The translations under genes were made by a program, and so were the position numbers. A stretch of DNA of 64,000 bases from Actinomycetota bacterium (GTDB taxonomy: Bacteria > Actinomycetota > UBA4738 > HRBIN12): the NCBI GenBank assembly GCA_035691205.1, contig DASSJM010000090.1, positions 9,059-73,058 on the forward strand, written 5' to 3'. Within the stretch, counting starts at the first letter, position 1, and each line of letters begins with the position of its first letter. Shown here piece by piece: positions 8,559 through 21,290 of the stretch. The notes beneath the pieces were generated by a model that did no database searches, was not told the DNA's origin, and saw only the letters and a list, made by a program, of their open reading frames with translations.

Positions 8559-8673
8559 CTCGGAACGGAGTCTGCGCGAGGTCCGGGGTCCGCCGCCGGT
8601 GCTCGAGGTCCCTCGCGGCTCGGGTCGTTCGACCCTCCGGGCCGCGACCCCGGCTCCCCATCCTGTGCCGAAC

Positions 8674-9153
8674 ATGTTCATCCGCTACTACCTCGACCTG
8701 GCGGTGCCCTTCGAGGACGTCGAGCGCGCGCTCCTCGACGAGCCCTCCACGTGGGTCCCCGGACTCGCGCTCGACGCGGAGGCGGGTGGGCAGCGCCTGC
8801 TCGCCGAGGTGGGGTTCGACGTCGACGCGAGCCGGCGGGTCGACAAGGAGGTCGAGATCGAGATCGGCGAGCCGTACGCGATCCCCGCGAAGACGATGCT
8901 CCCGATCGCCTGGAAGGCCACCGCCGCCGAGCGGATCTTCCCGCAGTTGGAGGCCGACATCGAGATCGCGGCCCTCGGGACGAGCCGCACCCAGCTCTCG
9001 ATCAGCGCCCGGTACCGTCCGCCGCTGGGTCCGCTCGGCCGGGCGTTGGACCGGGCGCTGCTCCATCGCGTGGCCGAGGCCACCGTGAAGGACTTCCTGG
9101 ACCGGGTGGGGGAAGGGGTCGCCGCTCGCGTTCCGCACGTCGCCGGCGGCTAG
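8674..9153 (+). CDS. Hypothetical protein (SRPBCC/START-like by composition), probably co-transcribed with the response regulator
   Basis: ORF 8437..9153 trimmed to ATG 8674 (MFIRYYLDL...). Non-biased composition. Only a 13-nt gap to the next gene. The fold call is weak. Confidence 0.45.
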   Translation: MFIRYYLDLAVPFEDVERALLDEPSTWVPGLALDAEAGGQRLLAEVGFDVDASRRVDKEVEIEIGEPYAIPAKTMLPIAWKATAAERIFPQLEADIEIAALGTSRTQLSISARYRPPLGPLGRALDRALLHRVAEATVKDFLDRVGEGVAARVPHVAGG

Positions 9154-9166
9154 GATTACTCTCCGT

Positions 9167-9844
9167 ATGACCCGATCCTCCAAACAGCCGCCCCTCCGCG
9201 TCCTCCTGGTGGACGACCACGAGGTGGTTCGCGGCGGCGTGAAGGCCCTGCTCCAGGCCACCGACGACATCGTCGTGACCGGCGAGGCCGGGACCGTGCG
9301 CGAGGCCATCGACGAGGCGGACCGGACCCGCCCGGACGTCGTCGTCATGGACGTCCGCCTGGCCGACGGGAGCGGCATCGAGGCCACGCGCGAGATCCGG
9401 GCCAAGCATCCGAAGACCCAGGTGATCATGCTCACCACCTTCGCGGACGACGAGGCCCTATTCGCGTCGATCATGGCCGGTGCCTCCGGCTACGTCCTCA
9501 AGCAGGTCCGCAGCGGCGAGCTGGTGCGGGCGATCCGCACCGTGGGCAAGGGCGAGAGCCTGCTCGACCCCGCGGTCACGAGCGCGGTGCTGGACCGGCT
9601 CCGCAAGGGCAAGCACCTGCTGAAGGACGAGAAGCTCGCGCGCCTGTCTCCCCAGGAGGAGCGGATCCTCTCGCTGGTGGCCGACGGCAAGACCAACCGG
9701 GAGATCGGCGACGAGCTCAACCTCGCCGAGAAGACGGTCAAGAACTACGTCTCGAGCATCCTGTCCAAGCTTGAGGTCGCCCGCCGGGCCGAGGCGGCCG
9801 CCTACCTGGCCAGGCACACCACCACCCCGGGCACGCAGGGCTGA
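9167..9844 (+). CDS. devR: NarL/LuxR-family response regulator, DevR/DosR-like
   Basis: 225 aa. Receiver motifs (LLVDDHEVVR, VVVMDVRL, ILTTF) plus a C-terminal LuxR HTH (LSPQEERILSLVADGKTNREIGDELNLAEKTVKNYVSSILSKL). By eye it aligns closely with M. tuberculosis DevR. Confidence 0.9.
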   Translation: MTRSSKQPPLRVLLVDDHEVVRGGVKALLQATDDIVVTGEAGTVREAIDEADRTRPDVVVMDVRLADGSGIEATREIRAKHPKTQVIMLTTFADDEALFASIMAGASGYVLKQVRSGELVRAIRTVGKGESLLDPAVTSAVLDRLRKGKHLLKDEKLARLSPQEERILSLVADGKTNREIGDELNLAEKTVKNYVSSILSKLEVARRAEAAAYLARHTTTPGTQG

Positions 9845-9860
9845 GGCCGAGGGTCACCCA

Positions 9861-9886
9861 GGCCGTCCTGCGCGGGCCGGACGGCC
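9861..9886 (+). terminator. GC-rich hairpin downstream of the regulator gene (GGCCGTCC-n10-GGACGGCC), no U-tract
   Basis: 8-bp perfect stem read from the sequence, starting 17 nt after the stop codon. Hairpins without a U-tract are common in actinobacteria. Confidence 0.35.
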
Positions 9887-9960
9887 TACTGCCCGCAGGC
9901 GTGCTGAGGCAAGATGAAGGCGGGGCACGCGCCTCAACGTCGTCGCGAGGAGTGGTAGGG

Positions 9961-13595
<3,635 letters not shown>

Positions 13596-13599
<4 letters not shown>

Positions 13600-14633
13600 G
13601 CGTGGACCTTCGGACGACCTACCTCGGGCTCGAGCTGGCCAACCCGCTCGTCCCGAGCGCCTCCACCCTGTCCTCCCGCATCGACACGCTGAAACAGCTG
13701 CAGGACGCGGGCGCCGCGGCGATCGTGATGCAGTCGCTGTTCGAGGAGCAGATCGAGCACGAGGAGGTGCAGATCCACCGCCTGCTCGAGGCGCACACGG
13801 AGAGCTTCCCCGAATCGCTCACGCACTTCCCCGAGCTCGAGGACTACAACACGGGGCCCGACGAGTACCTGCGACACCTCGAGGCGTGCAAGCGTGAGCT
13901 GGCGATCCCGGTGATCGGATCGCTGAACGGCGCGTCCGAGGGCGGATGGGTGAGGTACGCGAAGCTGATCCAGGAGGCGGGAGCCGACGCCCTCGAACTC
14001 AACGTCTACCTGATCGCGGCCGATCCGGCGGAGAGCGGCGAGCAGGTCGAGCGACGCTACCTGGACCTCGTGGCCGCGGTGCGCGAGAGCGTGTCCATCC
14101 CGCTCGCCGTCAAGGTCGGACCGTTCTTCTCCTCGACCGCGAACATGGCCGTCCGGATCGCGGCGGCGGGCGCCGACGGGCTCGTGCTGTTCAACCGGTT
14201 CCTGCAGCCGGACATCGACCTGGAGACGCTCGCCGTCGACCCGACGCTGCACCTGTCCACCTCGGACGAGCTCCGGCTGCCGCTGCGGTGGATCGCGATC
14301 CTGTTCGGACGCGTGCCGTGCTCGCTCGCCGCGACCACGGGCGTGCACACCGCCGAGGACGCGGTGAAGCTGATCCTGGCCGGTGCCGACGTGACCATGA
14401 TGGCCAGCGCGCTGTTCCGCCACGGGCCTCAGCACCTCGGCGCGATCCTCGAGGGCGTGCGGACCTGGCTCGAGGAGCACGAGTACACCTCGGTCGCGCA
14501 GGCGCGCGGCAGCGTGAGTCAGGCCAACGTGGCGGACCCGGTCGCCTACGCGCGGGCGAACTACATGCAGATGCTCGTGGACTTCACGAGCCCCTACGAC
14601 TGGCGAGAGATCCCCGGGAGCGTGCAGGCCTAG
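13596..14633 (+). CDS. Dihydroorotate-dehydrogenase-like FMN TIM-barrel protein lacking the DHOD catalytic Cys motif
   Basis: ATG 13596 overlaps the PFOR stop (ATGA). DHOD-like motifs are present (LELN..., [29 protein letters not shown]). The class-1 NxSCPN loop instead reads [12 protein letters not shown]. Confidence 0.85.
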
Positions 14634-14637
14634 CCGC

Positions 14638-15798
14638 TCATGCCTCGACGAGCTGCTCGACGGGCTCCGGGTGCAGCCAGGCCTGCAGGCTCCCCCGGTA
14701 CAGCGCCCGTTCGTGGAACGACCCATCGGAGCGGACCCCCTCGAACCCTCCACGCTCGATCAGCGTCTCGAGCAGCGGCGCGAGCTGCTTGCCGTAGAGC
14801 TCCATGCAGCGCTTGGGGTGGACCCCGGGCCACGAGTAGCAGGAGGCGACCGGGCGCCGCCGTCGGGTCGGCACCTCGGGTGGGAGCTCGTCCCAGGCGG
14901 GGTCGTCAACGTCGAACACGAACCGGTCGAGGTTGCCCTGTGGGATGCCTTCGATCCCGCGGACGGTGGGGGGATCCTCCGAGAGCAGGTAGGGATCGAC
15001 GACGAGGTCGCAGATCACGGCATGCGGCGGCATCAGGCCCAGGCACTCGTTGCGGATCAGAGGCACCGAGGGATCGTGACGCTGCGTCGCGTCGACCAGG
15101 ACGTCGGTGAACCGCAGCCGCTCGCGCACGTAGCCGTCGTCGCAGGTGAGGTTCCGACCGATCGTGACCACCTCGACCCCGGGCAGGCCGTAGCGGGTGA
15201 GCAGCTCCGAGCGCTCGGCGTTGCCGTACTTGGTGGCGGCCTCGACCGCGTGCTTGCCGATCTCCCCCGCACCCATGACGGTCACGTGGACGGGGCCGCG
15301 CTCGCGGGACGTGAGCAGCGGCCAGGTGCGCTCGAGCGTCTCGAACGCGGCCTCCAGGCCGTTCCAGGCCACCGCCTTGCTGTTGACGACGATCCGACGG
15401 CCCTCGTCGTCCTCGATCATGTCCAGGCTGATCGCGTGGATGCCCAGCTGCTCGAGGTGCTTCACGCGCGCCGGTCGCGTCGGGAAGTGGAGCATCGCGA
15501 CCAGGGCGGCGCCGCGGCGCAGCCACTCGAACTTGCCGATCGGGGCCCGAAGGACGACGACGACGTCCTGCGCATAGCAGGTCGGCTCGTCGCCCACCCC
15601 GATCAGCGACGAGCGCGACGTGTAGTCCTCGTCCGTGTACCCCATGTCCGAGCCGATCCCGGTCTCGACCACCGCCTCGCAGCCGAGGCCGGCGACGAGC
15701 GCGACGAGGTCCGGCAGGAAGTCGCGCCGCTCGCCGGGCTCCTTGTGCATCCGGGGGAACCCGAACGTGGGGCGCGTCAGGTGCACGCGCTGATCCAT
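14638..15798 (-). CDS. AlaDH/PNT-family NAD(P) oxidoreductase, N5-(carboxyethyl)ornithine-synthase-like (paralog 1)
   Basis: ORF 14638..16701 trimmed to ATG 15798, with GGAGGTG upstream. Motifs: FPRMHKEPGERRDFLP, Rossmann VMGAGEIGKHAVEAA, CYSWPG. An alternative GTG start lies at 15786. Confidence 0.7.
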   Translation of the reverse strand: MDQRVHLTRPTFGFPRMHKEPGERRDFLPDLVALVAGLGCEAVVETGIGSDMGYTDEDYTSRSSLIGVGDEPTCYAQDVVVVLRAPIGKFEWLRRGAALVAMLHFPTRPARVKHLEQLGIHAISLDMIEDDEGRRIVVNSKAVAWNGLEAAFETLERTWPLLTSRERGPVHVTVMGAGEIGKHAVEAATKYGNAERSELLTRYGLPGVEVVTIGRNLTCDDGYVRERLRFTDVLVDATQRHDPSVPLIRNECLGLMPPHAVICDLVVDPYLLSEDPPTVRGIEGIPQGNLDRFVFDVDDPAWDELPPEVPTRRRRPVASCYSWPGVHPKRCMELYGKQLAPLLETLIERGGFEGVRSDGSFHERALYRGSLQAWLHPEPVEQLVEA

Positions 15799-16901
15799 CT
15801 CGACACCTCCGCGCGGGCGACGGCCCGCTCCTCGTGATCGGGGCCGTCGGGGGACCAGGAGCCGGGCGGCTTCTCGAGGACTACGCGCAGCACCGGCTCG
15901 AGCTGCGCCCCGTAGGTCCGCATGCTCTCGATCGGGTCCAGGCCCGGCCACGAGTAGCAGGACAGGGCGAGCCGGCGGTTGGTCGCGTCGACACGGGGGT
16001 CGAGCGCGTCCCACGCCGGGTGATCGACGGGGAAGATCCAGCGATCCAGATCGCCGTGCGGCACGCCCTCGATCCCCTTGACGACCGGCGGCCGAGCGTC
16101 CAGGTCGTAGGGATCCGCGGCCAGGTCCAAGATCACCGCATCCGGCGCGAGCGCCCCCAGCCACTCGTTCGGCACGACGGGTCGCGACGGGTCGAGGCGC
16201 TGCGTCGCGTCGATCAGCAGGTCGGTCGTCTCCAGCCGGGCGAGCATGTAGTCCTCGTGCCAGGTGAGGTCGAAGTCGACGACCGTGACCTCGACACCCG
16301 GCACGTTGCTCGCGACGAGCGCCTCGCGCAGCCGATGGTCGCCGTAGCGGGTCGCGGCGTGGACCGCGTGCCCGCCGACGGCTCCCGAGCCCAGGCAGGT
16401 GACGTGCAGCGGTCGCCGGCTCGGGTGATCGAAGTGGGGATGGCGCTCCTGGATCTGCCGGAACGCCTCTCGCACGCCGTTCCAGGCGACCGCCTCGAGG
16501 TTCTCCACGGACCGGCGACCCTGCTCGTCGGTGATGGCGTCCAGCGACACTGCATGGACGCCCAGGTCCACCAGGCTCCGCACGCGCTCGAGCCGGGTCG
16601 GGTAGTGCAGCATCGAGACGAAGACCGAGCCCGGGCGCAGGAGCCGGAGGGCCTCGAGCTCGGGGCAGCGCAGGACCACGACGACGTCGGCCTCGAAGCA
16701 CTCGGGCGACTCACCGAAGCGGGCCACGGGCGAGGCATCGAGGTAATCCTCTTCCGACAGGCCCATCGCCTCGCCGTAACGGTGCTCCAAGACGACCTCG
16801 CCGACCCCCTGCCGGTCCAGCCAGGCGACGAGCTCCGGCAGGAAGTCCCGGCGTTCGCCGGCCTCCCGGTGCATCCGCGGCAACCCGACCGAGAGCCCCA
16901 T
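15777..16901 (-). CDS. AlaDH/PNT-family NAD(P) oxidoreductase, N5-(carboxyethyl)ornithine-synthase-like (paralog 2)
   Basis: 374 aa, collinear with paralog 1 (LPRMHREAGERRDFLP, CLGSGAVGGHAVHAA, CYSWPG). Its 3' end overlaps the start of paralog 1. Confidence 0.7.
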   Translation of the reverse strand: MGLSVGLPRMHREAGERRDFLPELVAWLDRQGVGEVVLEHRYGEAMGLSEEDYLDASPVARFGESPECFEADVVVVLRCPELEALRLLRPGSVFVSMLHYPTRLERVRSLVDLGVHAVSLDAITDEQGRRSVENLEAVAWNGVREAFRQIQERHPHFDHPSRRPLHVTCLGSGAVGGHAVHAATRYGDHRLREALVASNVPGVEVTVVDFDLTWHEDYMLARLETTDLLIDATQRLDPSRPVVPNEWLGALAPDAVILDLAADPYDLDARPPVVKGIEGVPHGDLDRWIFPVDHPAWDALDPRVDATNRRLALSCYSWPGLDPIESMRTYGAQLEPVLRVVLEKPPGSWSPDGPDHEERAVARAEVSRWISACT

Positions 16902-17000
16902 CCTGCGCTGACGCTACGAGCGGCCGGTTCCGCGAGGTGGGGTCGGGTGGCCCTCGGCGGGCGGGGCGGACGGCGCGTCCCGGATCCGCGACCGCTCGGA

Positions 17001-19607
17001 TCAGTCGGCCAGCAGCTCGCGCAGGACCATCCGGAGGATGCCGCCCTGCCGGTAGTAGTCGAGCTCGGCCGCGCCGTCGATCCGGACGACGACTCGGAAC
17101 CCGACGTTCCCGCCCGCCCCTCGGGCCACCACCCGGACCTCCTGACCCGGCTCGACACCGCCGGCGAGCCCGAGGACGTCGAACGTCTCGGTCCCGGTGA
17201 GACCCAGCGAGCCCGCGCTCTCACCCTCCACGTACTGCAGGGGCACGATCCCCATCCCCACCAGGTTCGAGCGGTGGATCCGCTCGTAGCTCTCGGCGAT
17301 CACGGCGCGGACCCCCAGGAGCGACGGGCCCTTCGCGGCCCAGTCGCGCGACGAGCCCGACCCGTACTCCTTGCCCGCCAGCACGATGAGCGGGACGCCG
17401 TCGGACGCGTACCGCTCCGCCGCGTCGAAGATCGTGACCCCCTCCCCGCTCGGCAGGTGGGTCGTCCAGGGCCCCTCGGTGCCGGGCGCGAGGTCGTTGC
17501 GCAGCCGGATGTTGGCGAAGGTCCCGCGCTTCATCACCTCGTGGTTCCCGCGCCGGGCCCCGTACGAGTTGAAGTCTGCGGGCTGAACGCCGTTCGCGAT
17601 CAGGAACCGTCCGGCCGGCGAATCCGCCTTGATCGAGCCCGCCGGCGAGATGTGATCGGTGGTCACCGAGTCCCCGACCTTCACGAGGCAGCGCGCGCCG
17701 ACGATGTCCCCCGGCGCCGCCTGCGCCTCGAGGACCTCGAAGAAGGGCGGCTCCCGCACGTAGGTCGATGTCGGGTCCCACGCGTAGACGCCGCCGCTGG
17801 GCGTGGGGAGGGCGCGCCACCGCTCGTCGCCATCGAAGACGCGAGCGTACTCACGCTCGAACTGCTCGGGCGCGACCGACGATCCGATCGCCTCGCGGAC
17901 CTCGTCCGGGGTCGGCCACAGGTCCCGCAGGTACACGGGGGTTCCATCTGCGCCGCTGCCGATCGGATCGTTGGCGAGGTTCACCTCGACGTGCCCGGCG
18001 AGCGCGTACGCCACCACGAGCGGGGGCGACGCGAGGTACGAGGCCCGCACGAGCGGGTGGATGCGTCCCTCGAAGTTCCGGTTGCCGGACAGCACGGCGA
18101 CGGCCGCCAGGTCACCCTCGGTCACGGCGTCGGCGACCTCGGGCGGCAGCGGCCCCGAGTTCCCGATGCACGTCGTGCACCCGAACCCGACGAGCGCGAA
18201 CCCGAGCTTGTCCAGGTACGGGGTGAGGCCGGCCGCGTCCAGGTACTCGGTCACCACGCGCGATCCGGGCGCGAGCGAGGTCTTGACCCACGGCTTGGTC
18301 TGCAGGCCCGCCTCGATCGCCTTCTTGGCCAGCAGCCCCGCGGCGAGCATCACCGACGGATTGGAGGTGTTCGTGCAGCTCGTGATTGCCGCGATCACGA
18401 CCGAGCCGTCGCGGACGTCCCCCCCGCTCGGGCGCTCGGCCAGCCGGCCAGCGAAGGCCTCCTCGAAGGAGGCCCACACGCGAGGCAGCGGGACGCGATC
18501 CTGCGGGCGGCGCGGCCCGGCCACCGACGGCTCGATCGCCGAGAGATCCAGGTCGAGCACCTCGTCGAAGACGGGCTCCGGATCGCCGTCGCGACGGAAC
18601 AACCCCTGCTCCTTCGTGTAGCGCTCGACGAGGTCCACGCCGGCGCCGCGACCGGTCGCGTTCAGGTAGCGGAGGGTCTCCTCGTCCACGGGCCAGAGCG
18701 CGGCCGTGGCGCCGTACTCGGGGCACATGTTGGACAGCGTCGCGCGGTCGGCGAGCTCCAGGGTGGAGCACCCGTCGCCGAAGAACTCGACGAACCTTCC
18801 CACGACGCCGTGCGCCCGGAGCATCTGCGTGAGCGTAAGGACGAGGTCGGTCGCCGTCGTGCCGGCCGGAAGGGCGCCCGCCACCCGCACCCCGACCACG
18901 GAGGGCCGGGGGAGGAACATCGGCTGGCCGAGCATCGCCGCCTCGGCCTCGATGCCTCCCACGCCCCAGCCGAGGACGCCGAGGCCGTTGATCATCGTCG
19001 TGTGCGAGTCCATCCCCACGAGCGTGTCGGGCATCGCCACGCCGCCACGGACGGTCACGACCCGGCCGAGGTGCTCGAGGTTCACCTGGTGGCAGATCCC
19101 CGCTCCCGGCGGCACGACCCGCAGGTTGTCGAACGCCTGCTGCGCCCACCGCAGCAGCGCGTACCGCTCGCCGTTGCGCCGGTACTCCCAGTCGATGTTG
19201 GCCTGGTAGGCGCCCTCGGAGCGGAACAGGTCCACCTGGACGGAATGGTCGATCACGAGGTCGACGTCGACGAGCGGGTTCACCCTGGCCGGGTCGCCTC
19301 CGGCCCGGGCCATCGCCGAGCGCATCGCGGCCAGGTCCACGATCGCCGGCACGCCGGTGAGGTCCTGCATCAGCACGCGGGCCGGCATGAACGCCAGGTT
19401 CGCGCCGGGCGCGACGGCGGGCCACGCCGCCAGCGCGCGGACGTCGTCCTCCGAGACGTCCCGCGTCCCGGTGCGGCGCAACAGGTTCTCGAGCAGGATC
19501 TTGACCGTGTGCGGCAGGGACCCGACGTCTCCCACCGCGTCGAGCCGGTAGATCTCGACCGACCCGCCGGCGGTGTCCAGGCGTGCTCGGGCGTCCATGA
19601 CGCCCAT
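17001..19607 (-). CDS. acnA: Aconitate hydratase A
   Basis: 868 aa. Contains [26 protein letters not shown], the Fe-S ligand region [10 protein letters not shown] and a C-terminal swivel domain. The start may instead be at 19598. Confidence 0.95.
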   Translation of the reverse strand: MGVMDARARLDTAGGSVEIYRLDAVGDVGSLPHTVKILLENLLRRTGTRDVSEDDVRALAAWPAVAPGANLAFMPARVLMQDLTGVPAIVDLAAMRSAMARAGGDPARVNPLVDVDLVIDHSVQVDLFRSEGAYQANIDWEYRRNGERYALLRWAQQAFDNLRVVPPGAGICHQVNLEHLGRVVTVRGGVAMPDTLVGMDSHTTMINGLGVLGWGVGGIEAEAAMLGQPMFLPRPSVVGVRVAGALPAGTTATDLVLTLTQMLRAHGVVGRFVEFFGDGCSTLELADRATLSNMCPEYGATAALWPVDEETLRYLNATGRGAGVDLVERYTKEQGLFRRDGDPEPVFDEVLDLDLSAIEPSVAGPRRPQDRVPLPRVWASFEEAFAGRLAERPSGGDVRDGSVVIAAITSCTNTSNPSVMLAAGLLAKKAIEAGLQTKPWVKTSLAPGSRVVTEYLDAAGLTPYLDKLGFALVGFGCTTCIGNSGPLPPEVADAVTEGDLAAVAVLSGNRNFEGRIHPLVRASYLASPPLVVAYALAGHVEVNLANDPIGSGADGTPVYLRDLWPTPDEVREAIGSSVAPEQFEREYARVFDGDERWRALPTPSGGVYAWDPTSTYVREPPFFEVLEAQAAPGDIVGARCLVKVGDSVTTDHISPAGSIKADSPAGRFLIANGVQPADFNSYGARRGNHEVMKRGTFANIRLRNDLAPGTEGPWTTHLPSGEGVTIFDAAERYASDGVPLIVLAGKEYGSGSSRDWAAKGPSLLGVRAVIAESYERIHRSNLVGMGIVPLQYVEGESAGSLGLTGTETFDVLGLAGGVEPGQEVRVVARGAGGNVGFRVVVRIDGAAELDYYRQGGILRMVLRELLAD

Positions 19608-19611
19608 GTTC

Positions 19612-20118
19612 TCAGATGGTGTCGGACACCTCGCGGCGATGGTCCTCGATCGCCTTCCGATGCTCCAGGCGCGTGCGGCGACGGATCTTCGCCTCGCGCC
19701 GACGACGCGCCTGCGCGTCGCTCTCGGTCACGAGCGGCGGGACGGCACGCGGCTTTCCTTCCTCGTCCAGCGCGACGAACACCAGGTAGGCGCTCGAGGT
19801 GTGCTTGCGCTCCCCCGTGATCACGTCCTCCACCTCGACGCGCACGCCGACCTCGAGCGAGGTGGTGCCGACATCGTTCACGCTCGCCCGCACGGTCACC
19901 AGGTCGCCCACATGCACCGGGTGCAGGAACGACATCTCGTCGATCGAGACCGTCACGCACATCCCGCCCGCGTGCTTGATCGCCGCGATGCCGGCGGCGG
20001 TGTCCACGAGCTTCATCACCTCGCCGCCGTGCACGATCCCCGCGATGTTCGCGTGCGCGATCTCCATGAGCTGCACGAGCGTGGTCTCCGAATCGCGGAC
20101 CGCCTTGGCCTCTGCCAT
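19612..20118 (-). CDS. Acyl-CoA thioesterase (hotdog fold, YciA-like)
   Basis: 168 aa. Contains [22 protein letters not shown] and a basic C-terminal tail. Only 4 nt separate it from the acn start. Confidence 0.85.
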   Translation of the reverse strand: MAEAKAVRDSETTLVQLMEIAHANIAGIVHGGEVMKLVDTAAGIAAIKHAGGMCVTVSIDEMSFLHPVHVGDLVTVRASVNDVGTTSLEVGVRVEVEDVITGERKHTSSAYLVFVALDEEGKPRAVPPLVTESDAQARRRREAKIRRRTRLEHRKAIEDHRREVSDTI

Positions 20119-20175
20119 GTGCGGATGCTAACGGCCCGCTCCGGAGGACGCCGGCGGTCCGCGTAGCATGGCTCG

Positions 20176-20940
20176 ATGCGGCGGTTCCTCTGCCTCCTGG
20201 TCGGCGTGCTGCTCGCGCTCCCCGCGTGCACCGGAAGCGGCGACGCGGACGATGGGCCGTCGCCGAGCGTCGTGCCGACGGCGACCACGCCGCCGGACAC
20301 GCCGAGCCCCGAGCCCACGTCGAGCCCGACGCCCGAACCGAGCCCGCGGCCGATCCCGCCCGCGTGGGCGCGCCCGATCGAGGAGGATCTCGACCCGGAG
20401 GCGTTGGCCGACGACGCGCTGATCCCGCCCGGCGCGACGCTCACCGGACGGGTCGAGCTCCCGGCTGCGGGCTCGACCCCAGACCAGGTCGCGGTCGCGT
20501 ACGCCCTCGGCGAAGACCCGTTCGCGGCCGAGCACGGCGTCGCCGTCTGGGAGCGGTTCGCCGACCTACCCGCGTGGAGCGTCGTGTACGCGTTCGTCGA
20601 TCCGCCGGAGGAGGGAGTGCTGGGGATCCGGCTGGAGGCCGGCGACCTGACCGGCGACGGGCACGCCGACGTCCTGACGCTCGAGGACCGCGGCGGCAGT
20701 GGCGCATGCGGAACCTGGACGGTCGTCTCCGGCACCGCCGAGGACACCGCCCGGATCTTCCGCAGGCAGACGTGCGACGCGGAGATCGTGATCGACGACG
20801 GCGGGCTCCGGCTCCGCGAGGCGGTGTTCGAGCCCGACGACCCGCACTGCTGCCCGAGCGCGTTCCGCACGTCGCGGCTCGAGTGGGACGGCGAGCGGTT
20901 CGTCGTCGTCTCGAGCGATGAGACCCCGGCCGGTTCGTAG
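20176..20940 (+). CDS. Secreted lipoprotein with Pro/Thr/Ser linker (LppP/LprE-like)
   Basis: Signal peptide with LALPAC lipobox, a PT-rich linker, and a C-terminal domain with paired Cys (GACGTW, HCCPSAF). Confidence 0.7.
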   Translation: MRRFLCLLVGVLLALPACTGSGDADDGPSPSVVPTATTPPDTPSPEPTSSPTPEPSPRPIPPAWARPIEEDLDPEALADDALIPPGATLTGRVELPAAGSTPDQVAVAYALGEDPFAAEHGVAVWERFADLPAWSVVYAFVDPPEEGVLGIRLEAGDLTGDGHADVLTLEDRGGSGACGTWTVVSGTAEDTARIFRRQTCDAEIVIDDGGLRLREAVFEPDDPHCCPSAFRTSRLEWDGERFVVVSSDETPAGS

Positions 20941-21050
20941 ACCCATCGCGGACCCGAGGTTCGCGCAGAACGCCGCGTCAGGGGAAGGGGTCCCCGTCGT
21001 CGCAAGTAGGGCGAGTCAAGTCGTACCCGGGTGCTAGGCTCGCACGAACG

Positions 21051-21290
21051 ATGGACGCCGCCGTGTGGACCGCGATCGGGTTGCTGGCCGCCACGTCACT
21101 GGGGGCGCTCTTCTAGCTCTGTTCGCGTATCGATGCCCTGGCCACTCGAGTGGACGCGCGGATCGATGGGCTCACGACCAGGATCGAGGCAGGCTTCGCC
21201 CGGGTCGATTCGAGGTTCGACGCGGTGGAGGCTCGGTTCGACGCACTCTCGGGGCGCCTCGACGCCCACCTCGACCAGCACGCCGGCTAG
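21051..21290 (+). pseudogene. Small TM + coiled-coil protein gene interrupted by an in-frame TAG (21114-21116)
   Basis: ATG 21051 encodes MDAAVWTAIGLLAATSLGALF, then TAG. The same frame continues as LCSRIDALATRVDARIDGLTTRIEAGFARVDSRFDAVEARFDALSGRLDAHLDQHAG to TAG 21288-21290. The terminal stop overlaps the rad50 stop as CTAG. Confidence 0.5.

Noticed and set aside
8437-8673. N-terminal 79 aa of ORF 8437..9153, and ORF 8142..8681 taken at full length.
   Set aside because: The two ORFs would overlap each other divergently by more than 200 nt, and these segments are Ser/Arg/Gly-rich. Internal ATGs at 8674 and 8558 give compact, non-overlapping genes with a normal divergent promoter region.
16902-17000. 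Possible terminator or regulatory hairpins between the AlaDH-like genes and aconitase (GATCCG...CGGATC, GGACG...GTCC). A CTGATC...GATCAG pair at about 35050-35075 is similar.
   Set aside because: The stems are only 4-6 bp, with long or irregular loops, in GC-rich DNA where such pairs arise by chance. There is not enough to annotate.
21114-21116. In-frame TAG read as pyrrolysine or programmed recoding.
   Set aside because: No pyl genes or other recoding signals are visible in the window, and the lineage looks actinobacterial. A nonsense mutation of a Tyr codon or a sequence error is far more parsimonious. It is kept as a finding only as an interrupted gene.
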